Notes under the pieces: model-generated
The model's input: only the letters and a program-made list of their open reading frames with translations
Databases searched by the model: none
Told to the model about the DNA's origin: nothing
Program-made: the position numbers and the translations under genes
DNA from: Tubulanus polymorphus
Lineage: Eukaryota > Animalia > Nemertea
DNA: 64,000 bases
Reading direction: 5' to 3'
Assembly: GCF_964204645.1 (NCBI RefSeq)
Contig: NC_134035.1
Location: forward strand, 9,828,451-9,892,450
Shown: positions 39,750 to 53,220 of the stretch, piece after piece
Position numbering within the stretch: position 1 is the stretch's first letter
Layout: each line of letters starts with the position of its first letter

Positions 39750-40212
39750 AAAAAGTAATGTTTGAAAACTTTTTTTCGAAGCGCCCTATGAAAAACTGCA
39801 TAGATTTAAAATTAGACGGCCTTGGTCGGTATTTAGTACTACCAACTTATTACTCGCTTGCCACAGTATCCCAGTTAACCGGACGTAAAAAAAGAAATTT
39901 AAAAGATTCAATTTTACATTCCAATTTTTACAAGAAATACCTTGAGGAATTCCATACTTAATCACTAGTAGCAACCGTCAACGATTAAAACTTCAGCGCT
40001 GAAGCTTAACGGCCCGGAAAGAACTATTGGGCGAGAACGGGTGTCCGGTCAGCATCGCTGCGTCCGGGCCATCATTCCAAAATGTGGAGAACAAACATGG
40101 CGGATGAACAGAATTAAATTTCAACCCAATTTTTTTTAAAGTACTTCTTAGCGATCATTCAACACATCGGATAGGTTTATTTCCTCGTTGAAACCAGCAG
40201 CAGAAAATAATC
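39750..40212. promoter_or_regulatory. Bidirectional promoter region SNAPC1/MFAP1
   Basis: Head-to-head ATGs about 520 bp apart, a GC-richer patch at 40000-40075 and a YY1-like AACATGGCGG at 40094-40103. Confidence 0.6.
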
Positions 40213-43200
40213 ATGTCGATACCTGTGAAATCAGTTCCGATTCAGTCGACGGCTGGAGCAATCCCGATCAAAAATGAAAAAGGTATTGCCATCTTTCTCA
40301 ACGTCAACGAATCATCAATTAACATTTTATTGCACAGTTAGGGTTCATACAATGTCTCACAGAAAATCCCCTGAGCTTAAACTCGCACTCAAAGATCCGA
40401 TTCCATCTTTTCTGATTCATTCTGAAGAACGTTCATATCACATCATGAGGTCGAAATGAAGTTTTATTGATCGAATTCTAAATTTGAAAAAGATTTGCGT
40501 ATCAAATTTTTATTTGGAAGTAGTTATTTTGCCGGATCCGGTTACGGTCCACAAAAAGTTATTTGAGATGTCACCTCACTCAAAATCAGCCAATCAGAAA
40601 TGATTTAGGCATACGGTGAAATAACTTTTTTTGTACCGGATCCGGCAAAATAACCACTCCCTTTTTATTTTGGATAGCCTTCAAGAATATGACATCATAA
40701 TTCAGTTTTTGTATTGTTATTCAGGAGACACGATTATGCAAAAGGTGAAAGTCAGCAGATACGTTTCAGGGAAAAGGTAAACAATCTTTGATTCGATAGA
40801 TTTCGAGCGTCCCTAAACCTGTTACCAATAAAACTTGGAAATATTACATCGATGCGGATTTAATGTGATATTTCAGGCCGGACTACGCGCCGGTAGATTC
40901 TAGCGACGATGAAGAAGATGAATTTGGATTCACGACGAAAAATAAACAACCACAGCTGAAAACGGAGGCTGAATTAGACGACCCTCGTTTGAGGCGTCTA
41001 CTGAAGAAACACATCAGCGATGATGAAGACGAAGATGAAGACAGGTAGGGTACTCTACTTTCAGCCATTACTTCAATTTCGGTCGTCAAATTAATTGAGC
41101 TATTTACTATTTCACGTGATTCGAGATTCAAAGAAAATCTTAAGACTTTTTATTGTAGATGTCACCTGTTTTCTGAGAGTGTCTTAGATAATCCTACTGT
41201 ATACAAGGCACTTCAGAAATTCATAATTCTATGCTATCTATTGATTCTTTGAATTGAAATCATGGGTTACAAACTGATTACCGTGAAAGAGTTTTCAGAA
41301 AAGTTGTGAATTACAAAATTCAAAAAAGGAGATTTTCTCTAATAAGAACACCATGTCGAAATAAATAACAGGTTCCCTACGACCCCACGATTCCTTAATA
41401 ACTCCTTCAAAATGGAAAATGCATTTAAAGGTGCTTGAAACTCATTCAATTTGATCAAAATGCCAAAAACTCCTTTAAAACTTTTATAATTATTTTTTAC
41501 CCAACTAGGCGCTTACCAAATTAGAAAGAGTAGGAATCTGCTTACGAAACCACCAAAATAACAGTTAAGGAGGAGTCTCCTATAATCGGGATAAAAAGTG
41601 ATGCAGACGCTTCCTTGAAATTTTCTCCTTATATTCCCGGAATGATCCTGATTATATTGATGTTGATATTTTGTAGGGTCAGTCGTCACCGGCGTATTCG
41701 AGAACCAGAAATTCTCGCCAATTCCGACGACGACGAAGATACCGCTGTAAAAGTAGAGCAAGACGACAACGACGATGAACGCGTGGAGCCGGATGACGAC
41801 GAGGAACGGGACGATGAGAGAGACGATGAAAAGATGGTCGTAGAACGCGGTCGAACGTCGGTGCGTTACCGCGGCGATGCGGCGTCGGAGAGCAGCGACG
41901 AAGGAGAAGACGAAGAGGAATTAGACGACGAGGAAATCGAGCGTCGACGAAACGCTCTCCGATTGCGAGCGAAACAAAAAAATGAAGAGGTAGAAATTCA
42001 AACAATCTTGTTTAAAACCCTTTCAGCGCTGACTAATTTATACCTGAGAAAGTGCTGGAGATAATTTGAAAATTGAGAAGAATTCCACCCGATTGTGTTG
42101 AATATCAGGTATACCACTATATCGCGTCTACACCACGGATTTATCTACTCCTGCATAGAAAATCAGGGAGTTCTAATTCCTCTTGAAAATCAGGGAAAAG
42201 TTGGGGGTGGGGAATTTGAAATTTTAGTGCGACTTGTTGTCCTCGTTGATGGGTTGCACAAGTAACCTCTTGAGAAGAAACTGCCCCACTGTTGAGATAC
42301 CCAGTATTAATCAGGGAATTTTCTGTCAGTGGTCTGGGAAATATCAGGATCCTTAATCCGTAAGAAAGAGCTGGTTTGACGTAACGTTAAACGGGAAAGA
42401 GGAAATTAAGACGTTTATTGAGTCATTGATGTTGTAGGAATTGATGGACGTCGAAGATGAGAAATCGGAAGGGGAATCGGAGGAAGAATCGTCGGAATAC
42501 GAGGAATACAGCGATTCCGAAGAAGAAGAGAATCCAAGGCTGAAACCTGTATTCGTACGAAAGTATGTGTGAAAAATTCACTTTCTGTCAAGAATGTCAC
42601 TGAGATCCCCTGAAATTTCATTGTGTCCTTCAAGTGAAAATGGTTGGGTGAAAGTAAACCTAAGATCCCCTTAAAGGTCTCAAAACTTGGAGGTCTTTTA
42701 GGTAGCAAGGATTTCTATACGTGGTAATCAGAAACGTTGATAGCACTCGGCCTAAAATTTAATCATAATTCTACAGTTAAGTGTATTATATACAGGTAAA
42801 ATTAAACACCCCCGAAACATAAGACCTTAAGACCTAAGAGGGTTTGGGTAGCAAGGATTTCTGTATGAGAAATTTCAATAGTGCTTGATGTGAAATTCAA
42901 TGATTATTTTTCTTCAGAAAAGACCGAATAACCATCCAGGAACGCGACAGGCAATTGAAGAAACAGAGAGATCTCGAAATCGAAGTAAAGAAGATGGCGG
43001 AAGATCGACGAAGACAAACGTTACGAGTAAGTCTTCACGATCTCACGAAACCAATCTTAACTCTCCCAAATAATCTGAAAACCCTGAATAAATACTTTTT
43101 TGGCCAAGTGGACCCAGTTCAACAGGATCTAGGATTCTTAGAAGGGGATGGACCTGAAAATTGGAATGGGCACTTAATTTGAGAAGGGCAGATTTGGCAA

Positions 43201-45867
43201 TGCGAGGGCTGCAAGCACGAACATTTCTAAGGGGTCTGTTAGCCTCACTCAAGGATCAATTAAGGACAAAAAGGACTTTCTGACCTTTTATCACGGCCCA
43301 TTTGGATTTATTTTTCGTCTTTTTGAAATTTTCTTCGCAAAATAGATTTCTAGACTTTTTGGGTGGCACATTTGAATTTTGAAGGATGACCTGATCCACC
43401 CCCTAAATCCGCCCTTGACTTACCTGGGTTGAAATTTGACTGAAGAGTGTACTCATCGAAAATGAACTACGGTAATTTTAACTCATAGTTTATGTCAGCT
43501 CACAACACTGTGGAATTGGATCCTGGGGCCGGTTGCATAGTCATGGCTTAGACTTAAAACAGTCTAAGACCAACTAAGTTCTATAGTCAATCTAACAACT
43601 TAAGACAAGTCTTAAGATTTAAGACCACTTTTGGATTTACGTCATGACTGTGCAACCGGCCCCCTGATAATTTGAAGTCGATCTTCGAACAGTGTTCACT
43701 TCTCCGTTTGATTTTGTCTTCAAGATCGTCGAGGATGAATTGAAGAAAGAATTAGAGGAGGCTCGTAATACCGAGGAGGCGTGCGACGCGTTGATCACCG
43801 ATGAAGAGAACGATGAAGAGGAATACGAGGCGTGGAAGGTCAGAGAACTGAAGAGGATCAAACGCGATCGAGAGGAGCGTGAAGCGTACGTATCTGAAAG
43901 ACTTAATTCTAATAACTTTTTTTAATAAATTTTTCTTAACTTAAAACAAATGAGTATTGACACTGACCTGAAAAACCTTGACGATTCCAAGTTATCAGAA
44001 AAATCTAGAAAAAATCTTAAATTACCTAAATCCTTGAAAACTTGGGGTATTTGGATAATGTTTGTTGACCATGTTTCTTTGACAGTATGCGATTTAATGA
44101 AAAATTAGAATGTAACATTTTTAATAATCAGGGAAACTCAGGGGATTAGTAAATTGCTGGAAAGTGGCCATTCTGTTTAACTTTTATTTGAAAATCAGGT
44201 TTGAATCCTTGCCGGGGAGAGGATGGCCTCTTAAAACTCTAGTGGATAATTTACTTTGCATTAACAACTGTAAATATTGTGCCACGAGAGACTGTTTAGG
44301 GGTCTTAATTCAGAACAGGGAAGAAAATTGAAATTGATGAAATATTTTTACTGCTACAGAATCGAAAAAGAAAAGATAGATATCGAACAAATTCACAATA
44401 TGACGGAAGAGGAACGACGAAACGAGTTCCGCGTGAATCCGAAAACGATTACGAATAAATCGGTGAAAGGAAAATACAAATTCTTACAGAAATACTATCA
44501 CCGTGGTGCATTCTATTTGGTAAGTATTGCGGGACTGGTGATTAACTTTGGTCAGTACGGCTCCTTAAAAACTCCGAACAGAAAATGCTTACTGAAGGTG
44601 CTTGAATCTCCTTTAATTGGAATAAGATACCTGTAATTTTGAGAAATAGGTTATTAGTAATTTTCGTCTAGTTTCATAGTTGTACATTAAACTACCACTA
44701 AATCGGTACAGTTAGGACCAGGAGTTTTTTTACTCAAGTAGGCAGTTACCAAATTAGAAACTGAGTTTAGATTGTGTTAAGGATAAAAATTTGCTTACAA
44801 AACCACCAAATTAACGGTTTACCGAGATAAACAGTACCGATTTAGGAGGAGTCTATTGTAATTGGGATATTAAAGTGATGCGAACGCTTCCTCGAGATTT
44901 TCTCCTTTGAAACTCCTTGAAAACTCCTTATATCCAGGAATGATTGATCTGTAGGGAACCTGTTAACCCCTCTCTCGGGTTTCAATTGATCGTTAACATT
45001 TTCTTATTGTGTTGTTATTTACAGGATAACGATGATACCGTGTATAAACGTGATTATTCGTCGGCTACGCTCGAAGATCACTTCGATAAAACTATTTTAC
45101 CCAAAGTCATGCAGGTAAATAAGTATACCCGGCTATACGCAACAGAACGCTGTTATGTATTAGGGAAATTGGGGAATCCTGGATTTAGTTATTATCCCTC
45201 TGCTGGAAAAATCAGGGAATTCTGACTCTTTTCTTGAAAATCAGGGAAAAATTGTGGAATTTGAATTGTTGGTGTCGAGGGTACCAGGAACTTCTTGATA
45301 GTGAATACATTGGAGGAGCATCTTCAAGACCCTTGTTTTGCAACATGAATATCATACTTATAATATATGTGTCCTTCATCCTTTCGTTTTGTACAATTCT
45401 GTTAAAATTCAAGGAAAAAGTTAAGTTATTATTAGTTATAAGTTAGTTAAAGTGCGAATACTTCAGTAATTTCAATATATCCTAAATCTTGTCTCTACTA
45501 AGAGTGTTACCCTTGAGTAGGAAAAGTTTAAGCGCAAGTTTATTTTGAATTGTTGTCCTCATTGAATACACGAAGGAACCAATAGCAATTACACCAATAA
45601 TTTGCGAGTTAAACCTTTTTGTGAAACTGGGCGCAGTAAGCAAAATCTAAATCATTCAGATGATGAAACTCAGTTTCTGTCTCGTTTCAGGTCAAAAACT
45701 TCGGTCGTTCGGGACGTACGAAGTACACACATCTCGTCGATCAGGATACGACATGTTTCGATTCTCCGTGGGTCGCCGATACGGCTCAAAATCTGAAATT
45801 CCAAATGGCTAAAGGCGGCGGAATGAAACAGCACTTCGATCGACCGTCCGTTAAAAAACGTAAATAA
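40213..45867 (+). CDS. MFAP1: Microfibrillar-associated protein 1 (spliceosomal B-complex factor)
   Basis: Exons 40213-40282, 40725-40776, 40877-41044, 41677-41989, 42438-42562, 42918-43026, 43725-43885, 44360-44519, 45025-45114, 45691-45867. Motifs [99 protein letters not shown] at 46001. Confidence 0.97.
43525..43664. mobile_element. Palindromic MITE (ggggccggttgca TIR)
   Basis: ggggccggttgcatagtcatg ... catgactgtgcaaccggcccc. Related elements at about 30376-30518 and 38084-38213. Confidence 0.7.
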
Positions 45868-46331
45868 GTTACGGATTGTTACGTAACAACAATACGAGTC
45901 GATGCATTTGAAAAAGAACTGATTGTGTGCGTATATGAGTGAAGAAGAGTAGATATTATGATTCCGATCTGTGTCTTTATGTATTTACTGTAAATAGATT
46001 AATAAAATTATTGAATAAATAAAGGATTTTTGTACGGATTGAATATTATTTTCGAGGAATCTTTCAAGTGAGGGCAACAGACTGAAGTCTTTGTCTCCTA
46101 GTTAAGTAGTTTTTTCACTTCAAAAGAGATTAGATAAGTCTACTGTAGTTACCGTTTATCAACATGAAGTATAGAGACGATAAATATCTTATAGAGAAAA
46201 CGTTTATTCAGCTGAATCTATTTACAAATACTGTTTATGCATGCAAATCACATAAACTATCATTATCACAGACGCGAGAATTTATAAATGCTTAATTATT
46301 GAATCGGGAAAAAAAATCATCGATCGACGAA

Positions 46332-49300
46332 TCAAGTCCATTTGAACACTCGTAGATTGCGTTCGGTAAGAGAAGCTAAAAAGTGTTGATTGTTGAGAGT
46401 GTACGCGCAGCTTTGAAGAACCGGTACGCCTCCGTTATCTAACCTCTGTATTATTTCTCCGGTGCTCGCGTCCCAAATAAACGACTACGAAATATAAAAT
46501 ATATTTCTCATTAGAATCGCGGTAATTCGAATATAAACAGGCAAGGATCCAGGAAAATTGGAAGGCCAGGCTCGAAAGGTCCAGAAGAAAAGATAATTCA
46601 AAGTATCTGAGGGGTCGGTGAAAGTGACTTGCTAGGCTCAGATTCTTAAACTGGCATCGCATGAAGTAGATTTCCCTTGACTAATGGTTCAATAGATTTC
46701 CCTTGACTAATGGTTCAAAAGTAGACCCAGCCGGCTGCCTATCCTACCCTGAACATTACTTTTCTTTAAAACTATGATCAAGTTAACCATAGCCAACTGA
46801 TAGCTATAGGAATGAAATGATTACAAATTCTATCGCAGTTTACAAAATGACCCGGCCGCTGCGGAGAAACAAGGTTTCATTTTTTCAGCCTTTTACGTAC
46901 GTGACGAAAGTTGGAAAATAGCTTAACCCTTTCAGTGCTGACTAATCAATACCCTATAGTGCTGGAGATAATTTGAAAATTTTGAAAAATTCCACCCTAG
47001 TGTGTTGAATAATGGGAATACCACTATAGTGCGTATACACCACAGCGCGGTGTATCGTTAGTGACTAACAGTTCACTATGTTTGACAGGTGCTGCCATTT
47101 TCAAGAGAGTTGATTACATCAATACACCGCAGTGCGGTGTACTAGAAAAATCCATAACCGATTCATACACTGCACTGCAGTGTAGACGCACTGAAAGGGT
47201 TAATGTTGCGTACGTATTTCATGAATGAACGCTCTACGATACAAACCTTTCCCGATGCTTCGTCACCCGCACAAACTAACAGGTGACCGTCGATTACCGG
47301 ATGACTGTAAATCGTAGATCGCGACAACAGTTTCATCGTGCTCCCTCCGTACAACGTTTTCACCGTCGCGCACTGCCATATCAAATCGTCGTCGTCGTTA
47401 TCGTGTAAGTTTAACTTCGTCCTCTGCATCGAACAAACCTGCGATACACATTTTACTTCATTAAAACCCTTTCAGTGCCGACTAACCATTGTGCTCGAGG
47501 TAGTTTTAATAAAGATTTCTAGAAATTCCACCCCAGTGTGTTGAATAAAGGGTTAACTGAACTGACAGGAAACATTTCCAAATTATCGAAATGATGACTC
47601 ACAGTGAGTAAAATTAACTGGAAATACACAAATTGGGAGTAAAAAATAGTGATGACTTTAGTAATGTTACAAATCATGTCATGGCAAGTGAATTTGACTG
47701 TATCATTTTCAATAACAGTAGGTGCTTTTTGAAAATACGAATCCCAGCAGGAAGTCGATAATCGAACAGGTCAAAATTTTCAGTTTAATATGTGCTTGTA
47801 TTAAAAGCTCCTGTCAAAGCTCATTTGTAGGACAGACTGTTGTTCAATCGGGAAAACTACCTCATGTCTGACGGATGGTGCAGTGGACATTGGTCGAAAT
47901 GATCCTAATAGTGTCTTAGTCGACGGATCCAGAGCTAAACTCGTCATTGAACCTAGAATGAAATACAACACACAAATCAGAATTCCTTCAAATCTATAAA
48001 CAATAGCTAAAAAGAGTGCTCCACTGACCTTCCAATGCTAAAATATGAATTTTGTAATCGTTTTCTTCCTTGGTTTCAAAAAATGAAGTGGAATCTAACT
48101 GTCCAACTAACAGTCCACCAGGACTAAAAATACAAAAGCACCCCATATCCATAAAGCGCGGTTATCTGAACCGATTCAGGACCTAGTTCCAAAGTTCTGA
48201 GTTGAGATTTGACCTTAACAGTGAACTCATTCAAAATGTACTAACTAATTTCAACTCTAACTCACTGTTAACTCTAACTTACAGAACTGTTGAACTAGAC
48301 TCAGGTTGTTTTCAGGTCATTATTCTGCTAAAATCTATTCGTGATAGCGAGTCCCTATTGGCTCAGTGTATTCTTTTATAATACAATTTTGCAGCTTATA
48401 TTGTTTTATGTAAAGTGTTATGATTCCGTTAAGAGAACGACGCCATATAAAAATAAACATTATCATTGTTATTATGATTATCATTATTTTCAACTTACGT
48501 GATATTTTCGCGGTATTCCATCGGCATGTATTGTAATCCTACGACCGGTTTACGCGAGCCGTTTGTGTTCAACAATTGAACGTGTTCGGACGTGTTTCGT
48601 ATGTCATAGACGACGACGGTGCCGTTTGCTAGACCGGCGTACATGTAATTACGATCGGCGAGATTCCACGTACAGCTCCACACTCCGCTCGGCGCGTTAT
48701 AACTGAAATATCATACGGAAAATGTTACAGTTCTATGATGATATACACTCCTCACTACAAGGTACTGCTAATCATCTTATAAAACCAGGTAGTCACCCTA
48801 GGTTGTACCTCACCCTCTGATAAACTGCCCTCCCTGGTTTATGCCCATACTCTCTAAACCGCCAAAATTGTTATTTTCTCTGATCCTTGACTGGGATATT
48901 TGGCCTCTCAAATATGGAAGCGAATGAACTCAAAGCAGCGGACATTAAACATTTTGTCAGAACACGTTCAAAAAGTGACCGTCCAAACTTGAAATCTGAT
49001 TCTTTTAGGACTTGTAACACGTTTTAATTGGAAATTAACTACAAACACTGGACATTATACATTTTAACAGCACACAGTACAAAAACTGATCGGCAAGACT
49101 TCACGCTAATGACGATTGTTTGAATGGGTGATTGTTTGGAGGGGTGGTTCCTGGTGGCTGCAGATTATGTAATGACCTCAATCCGTTGGAGAGAGTTTTA
49201 TACATCTAATGTCTACTTACGTTTGAACGACGGTGTTGCTGATTAGACTGGTTAGTTTAACAGTTTTATCCAGCGATCCCGACAATAATAAACTGTCGTG

Positions 49301-52300
49301 ACTGAGTGGATGTACAGCTATATCGCGTATAGAGTTCTGATGCACGGCTGTGTACTGAGTGGCGCGTAAATCTAAACAGCTTACCTGTAATATAGACAGA
49401 ATGATGAAATCAACTCAGAGACCCACAATAAATCACTGAAGATGGGTAAAAACAACAGTCTAGATAATTTACATTATTAATCTACACAATATCGCAGGCC
49501 TTTTATATAGTCATGGTAGCCACTTTCGGCCCAGTCACAAATCCTGAAGTTTTCGATGCAATTACACAAAATTCCCTGAGTAAATCAGAGAAATTTCTAG
49601 GTTTCAAATGTTACGATTCATTTTTCATTGAACTATGTATTGATAAAGAAACATACAGTCAATAGCATTATCCAAATTGCTTTCCAAGTTTTCCAGGTTT
49701 TTGGTAAAATCTGTCAAATTCCCAAAAGTTTTGTCTGATTTTTTTTTAGAATTTTCTGACTCCCTGAGTTTTCAAGGATTTTCAGGTGAGTGGCCACCCT
49801 GAGTCATATATAAACATCCCATATCATCATCTCTAGCTGCTTATTTAAATTTTGAGTCAATTTAATTCATTTTACTTTTTGGATTCCGTATCCAGGGAAT
49901 AGTGGATTAGCCGAAGGTTTAGAGATCACCAGCGCGCCGATCTGTCCGCAAAACGTCATCACGCGGCAATTTCCGGCCCGAGATATTTCAATAGTTCGTT
50001 CCAATAGGTAGCACTGTTTGGCGGTAGCTTGCTGCTGGTTGGGTTGAGCGTTATGGGGTGTTCCGCCAGCAGGCGCATTGTTCAAAGCAACTCCCGACCT
50101 GAAACGTATAGACAATCATCGTGAATTGAATAAACATTGTCTCGACGGAACCTAGCCGAAATTTTAACTCTGCCTGACGAAATTTATAGGTAAGGTTGAC
50201 TTGTTTCTAAACAGTAATGATACATGGCGAATTCATCGCACAACACAAGTTGCCTTTTACTACTAAAGCAGATTATCGTCTGTCATTCTATGGAGTGTGT
50301 TGTCTCTTTAATTTCGTATATTTTTAACATTTCATATTTTGAGCGTATATCCTTTGTACAATTTGTCTAACATGTTATTATTGCTTTGGACATAAAGATA
50401 TACCTTAATCCGGTAAATTGTTGTAATATCTAAGTTTTCACATTCAAGCGAACAAATTTCTGGTTAATCATTGAACAGGAGTTTCATATATCAGGGTGGC
50501 CACTTTCCGCCCATTAACAAATTCCCGGAGATTTCCCCGATTTTCCCATGCGATTACACAAAATTCCCTGAGTAAATCAGGGAAATTTCTAGATTTAAAA
50601 TGCTACAATTCATTCATTTTCAATGGTATCATGTACTGAGAAAGAAACACACAGTCAACAGCATTATTTGAATTCCCCGAGTTTTCCAGGTGAGCAGCCA
50701 CCCTGTTTAATGTAAGTTCTACGAGATTTATGTCCGTCATTTGTAATAGTACGTACTCTCTGAGGTTTGTAAGTTGTTGCTGTCTCGTATCCAACTGTTC
50801 TTTCAATCGTCTGCACTCATCGATCATCATCTGATACTGAACGCGAGACTGCGCGGCCTCCATTTCCGCGCGACGTCGAGCCTCGCGTTCTTTCTCTAAA
50901 TCGGCTACAGCTCGGTCTCTATCGGTCGTATCTAACGCCTACAATTATCGAAAACACAGGCTTGAAAAAAATATCTCAAATTCATTCAAAACAATAGGAC
51001 AGGCTACGCTAAAACCTACCCGTACTGACTTGGCGTATATAACACGGATGTCTTTACGAGTAGCTTTACTGTTACAATGCGGACACCTGCTTCCCTGACC
51101 TTGTAACCATTTCTCGATACAACTGCAACAAACAATTCAACAATTATAATATCTATCGATTAATTTGTGAGGCCAGTTTTCTGTGTTATTTGACCTAAGA
51201 CCCAAATGGGCTACCAGTATGTTCCGCCAAAATTAAGCCAACTTTCGCAGAAAAACAAATCCGGCCAAGGGGAAATAATGCAGTGCGATAGTGAGAATAT
51301 TTATGAAATATTTTCAAACCTTAATCCGAATAGATGTCCACACTTTAATGAACATATCCTGTGTTCACCGGAGGTCGACCACGACTCAAAACATATCGGG
51401 CAACACTGAAAACAAATGCATATATACGGGTAAAAGTCAGTAATCATTCCCTTTAACGACTTCATTAGTTATTGAACAGTAGCTTTGACGCAGGACACTT
51501 TTTTTCATTATAGATATTATTGTCGATTATTTACCTCAGAATCGTCATCTTGTTCAGGAGACAGCATAGCACGAGCAGCGGCTAAAGATGAAGTCTGAAC
51601 TGGAGTGCTCAATGAACCTGGAGCTGGAGCGCTTGATGGACCTGGAGCTGGAGCGCTCGATGGACCTGCAGCCGGAGCGCTCGATGGACCTGGAGTGCCC
51701 GATGAACTCTGAACAGGGTTCACTGAACCCTGCTGAGCAGGTATATTCTGTAAAGTTTGAGCGACTGGTTGAATATGATCTGCAGCAGTTGAACCTTCTT
51801 CAACTTCCATCGACTGAAACAATCATAAAAAGAAAACACCGAAATAGGAGCAGTTCAACAATTTTTGTAGACACCATTTTTAACTATTGACCGTCCATCG
51901 AAAGGAACAAATTTCACGCAATATTTATTCATTCATACCCTCTCCTGTTCATTATCGTTCATTGCATCTTCACCAACAGATGATGAGGAGTCATCATCAT
52001 CACCGTCAGTATCTTCCTCCTAAAATACGCGTAAGAAACTTATGAAATGCAAGATTTATATCTTAATCGAGTCAACTTCCAGTGATATTTTTCGAATTTG
52101 AAATTCTACTCCCAAACAAGTCCAAGGAAATAGTGGAATATAAGACAGATATTTCAAATAGAAATTCTATTCTTCAGTTTTTAAAGAAATACTGGGCCTG
52201 GTTCAGGTTGTGAGTTAAAGTTGACTCAAATCAGTTCAATTTCAAATGTTTTATCCCTACAGTCACATCGAACTCAGAACTGTGGAACTGGATCCCCTAA

Positions 52301-53220
52301 AGAACATATCTAAAGATCTCGAAACGCAATTATGGCATATAGAGAAAAGATCTCGAAAAACTTACGGTAGTACTATCGACATCGATGATTTCTACATTAA
52401 GACCGACTGCAGGTACGGTAGATACCGGTTGAGTTATGTTTTGAGGTTGTACTGCAGCTGTATGCAACGATGACGGCACAAGATTATTCGGCTGATTTTG
52501 AGACGACTCGGCCGGACGAGTACTGGTGCTAGGTTGTATCGAACTGCTCACGAATACCGGTGCCACTGTAGAACTGCTAGCAACAGGAGGCTGATGCTGC
52601 TGCTGCTGTAAGGAAAATGTAGCAGCCGGTCTTATCAAACTGACACCCGCAGCTCGACGGAGCTGAGATGGCGCCACGAAACTCATCGATTCGCTTAAAA
52701 CAATTCTCGGAGTCGGTTGGCGCTGGTTTGATGAAGATGGTTCGTTGCACGCTACTAGTGTTGGTGAAGGAGCAGCAGGTAAATTTCCCCTAATTGTTAT
52801 AATTCCTAGACCCCTTTCTCCAAACCGAAAGTTTATCACGTTTCCGCTGTTGCGTTGACTGTCATCTGCCTAGAAATTTAAAAAGAGAGATGAACTAATC
52901 AAAATGAATCATTCGCTCTTCAGAGTTGCTTTCGCTTTTGTGGTCTGTCGACTGGGCCACTATAGTCGAACTAAACGAAACCGCATATGGGCCACTATAG
53001 TCGAACTAAACGAAACCGCATATCCGTTAGTCGGAACAATATTCCGGAAATACTTCGAAAATCAAGCGTATTCGGCTATTAGTTCCCACCACTAGTCGAC
53101 TAGTGTCAGTGACGAATAAAACCGAATATGGCCCTCGTTGCTTGTGCAGCCTACCTCTTGCAATTCAGCATTATCCCCAGATTGGTAATTAGAATCTGAT
53201 GATGAAGAATTATTTTCCAT
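46332..53220 (-). CDS. RFWD3: E3 ubiquitin ligase RFWD3 (RING + coiled coil + WD40)
   Basis: Exons 53220-53155, 52869-52366, 52019-51939, 51813-51535, 51405-51320, 51122-51020, 50938-50757, 50098-49876, 49384-49221, 48702-48499, 48123-48029, 47952-47861, 47438-47247, 46484-46332. [49 protein letters not shown], then WSCTW...YAGLANG, ending [15 protein letters not shown]. Confidence 0.93.
46927..47199. mobile_element. piggyBac-type MITE with TTAA target duplication
   Basis: ttaa-ccctttcagtgc ... gcactgaaaggg-ttaa. Partial copies at about 35661, 42018 and 47467. Confidence 0.85.
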
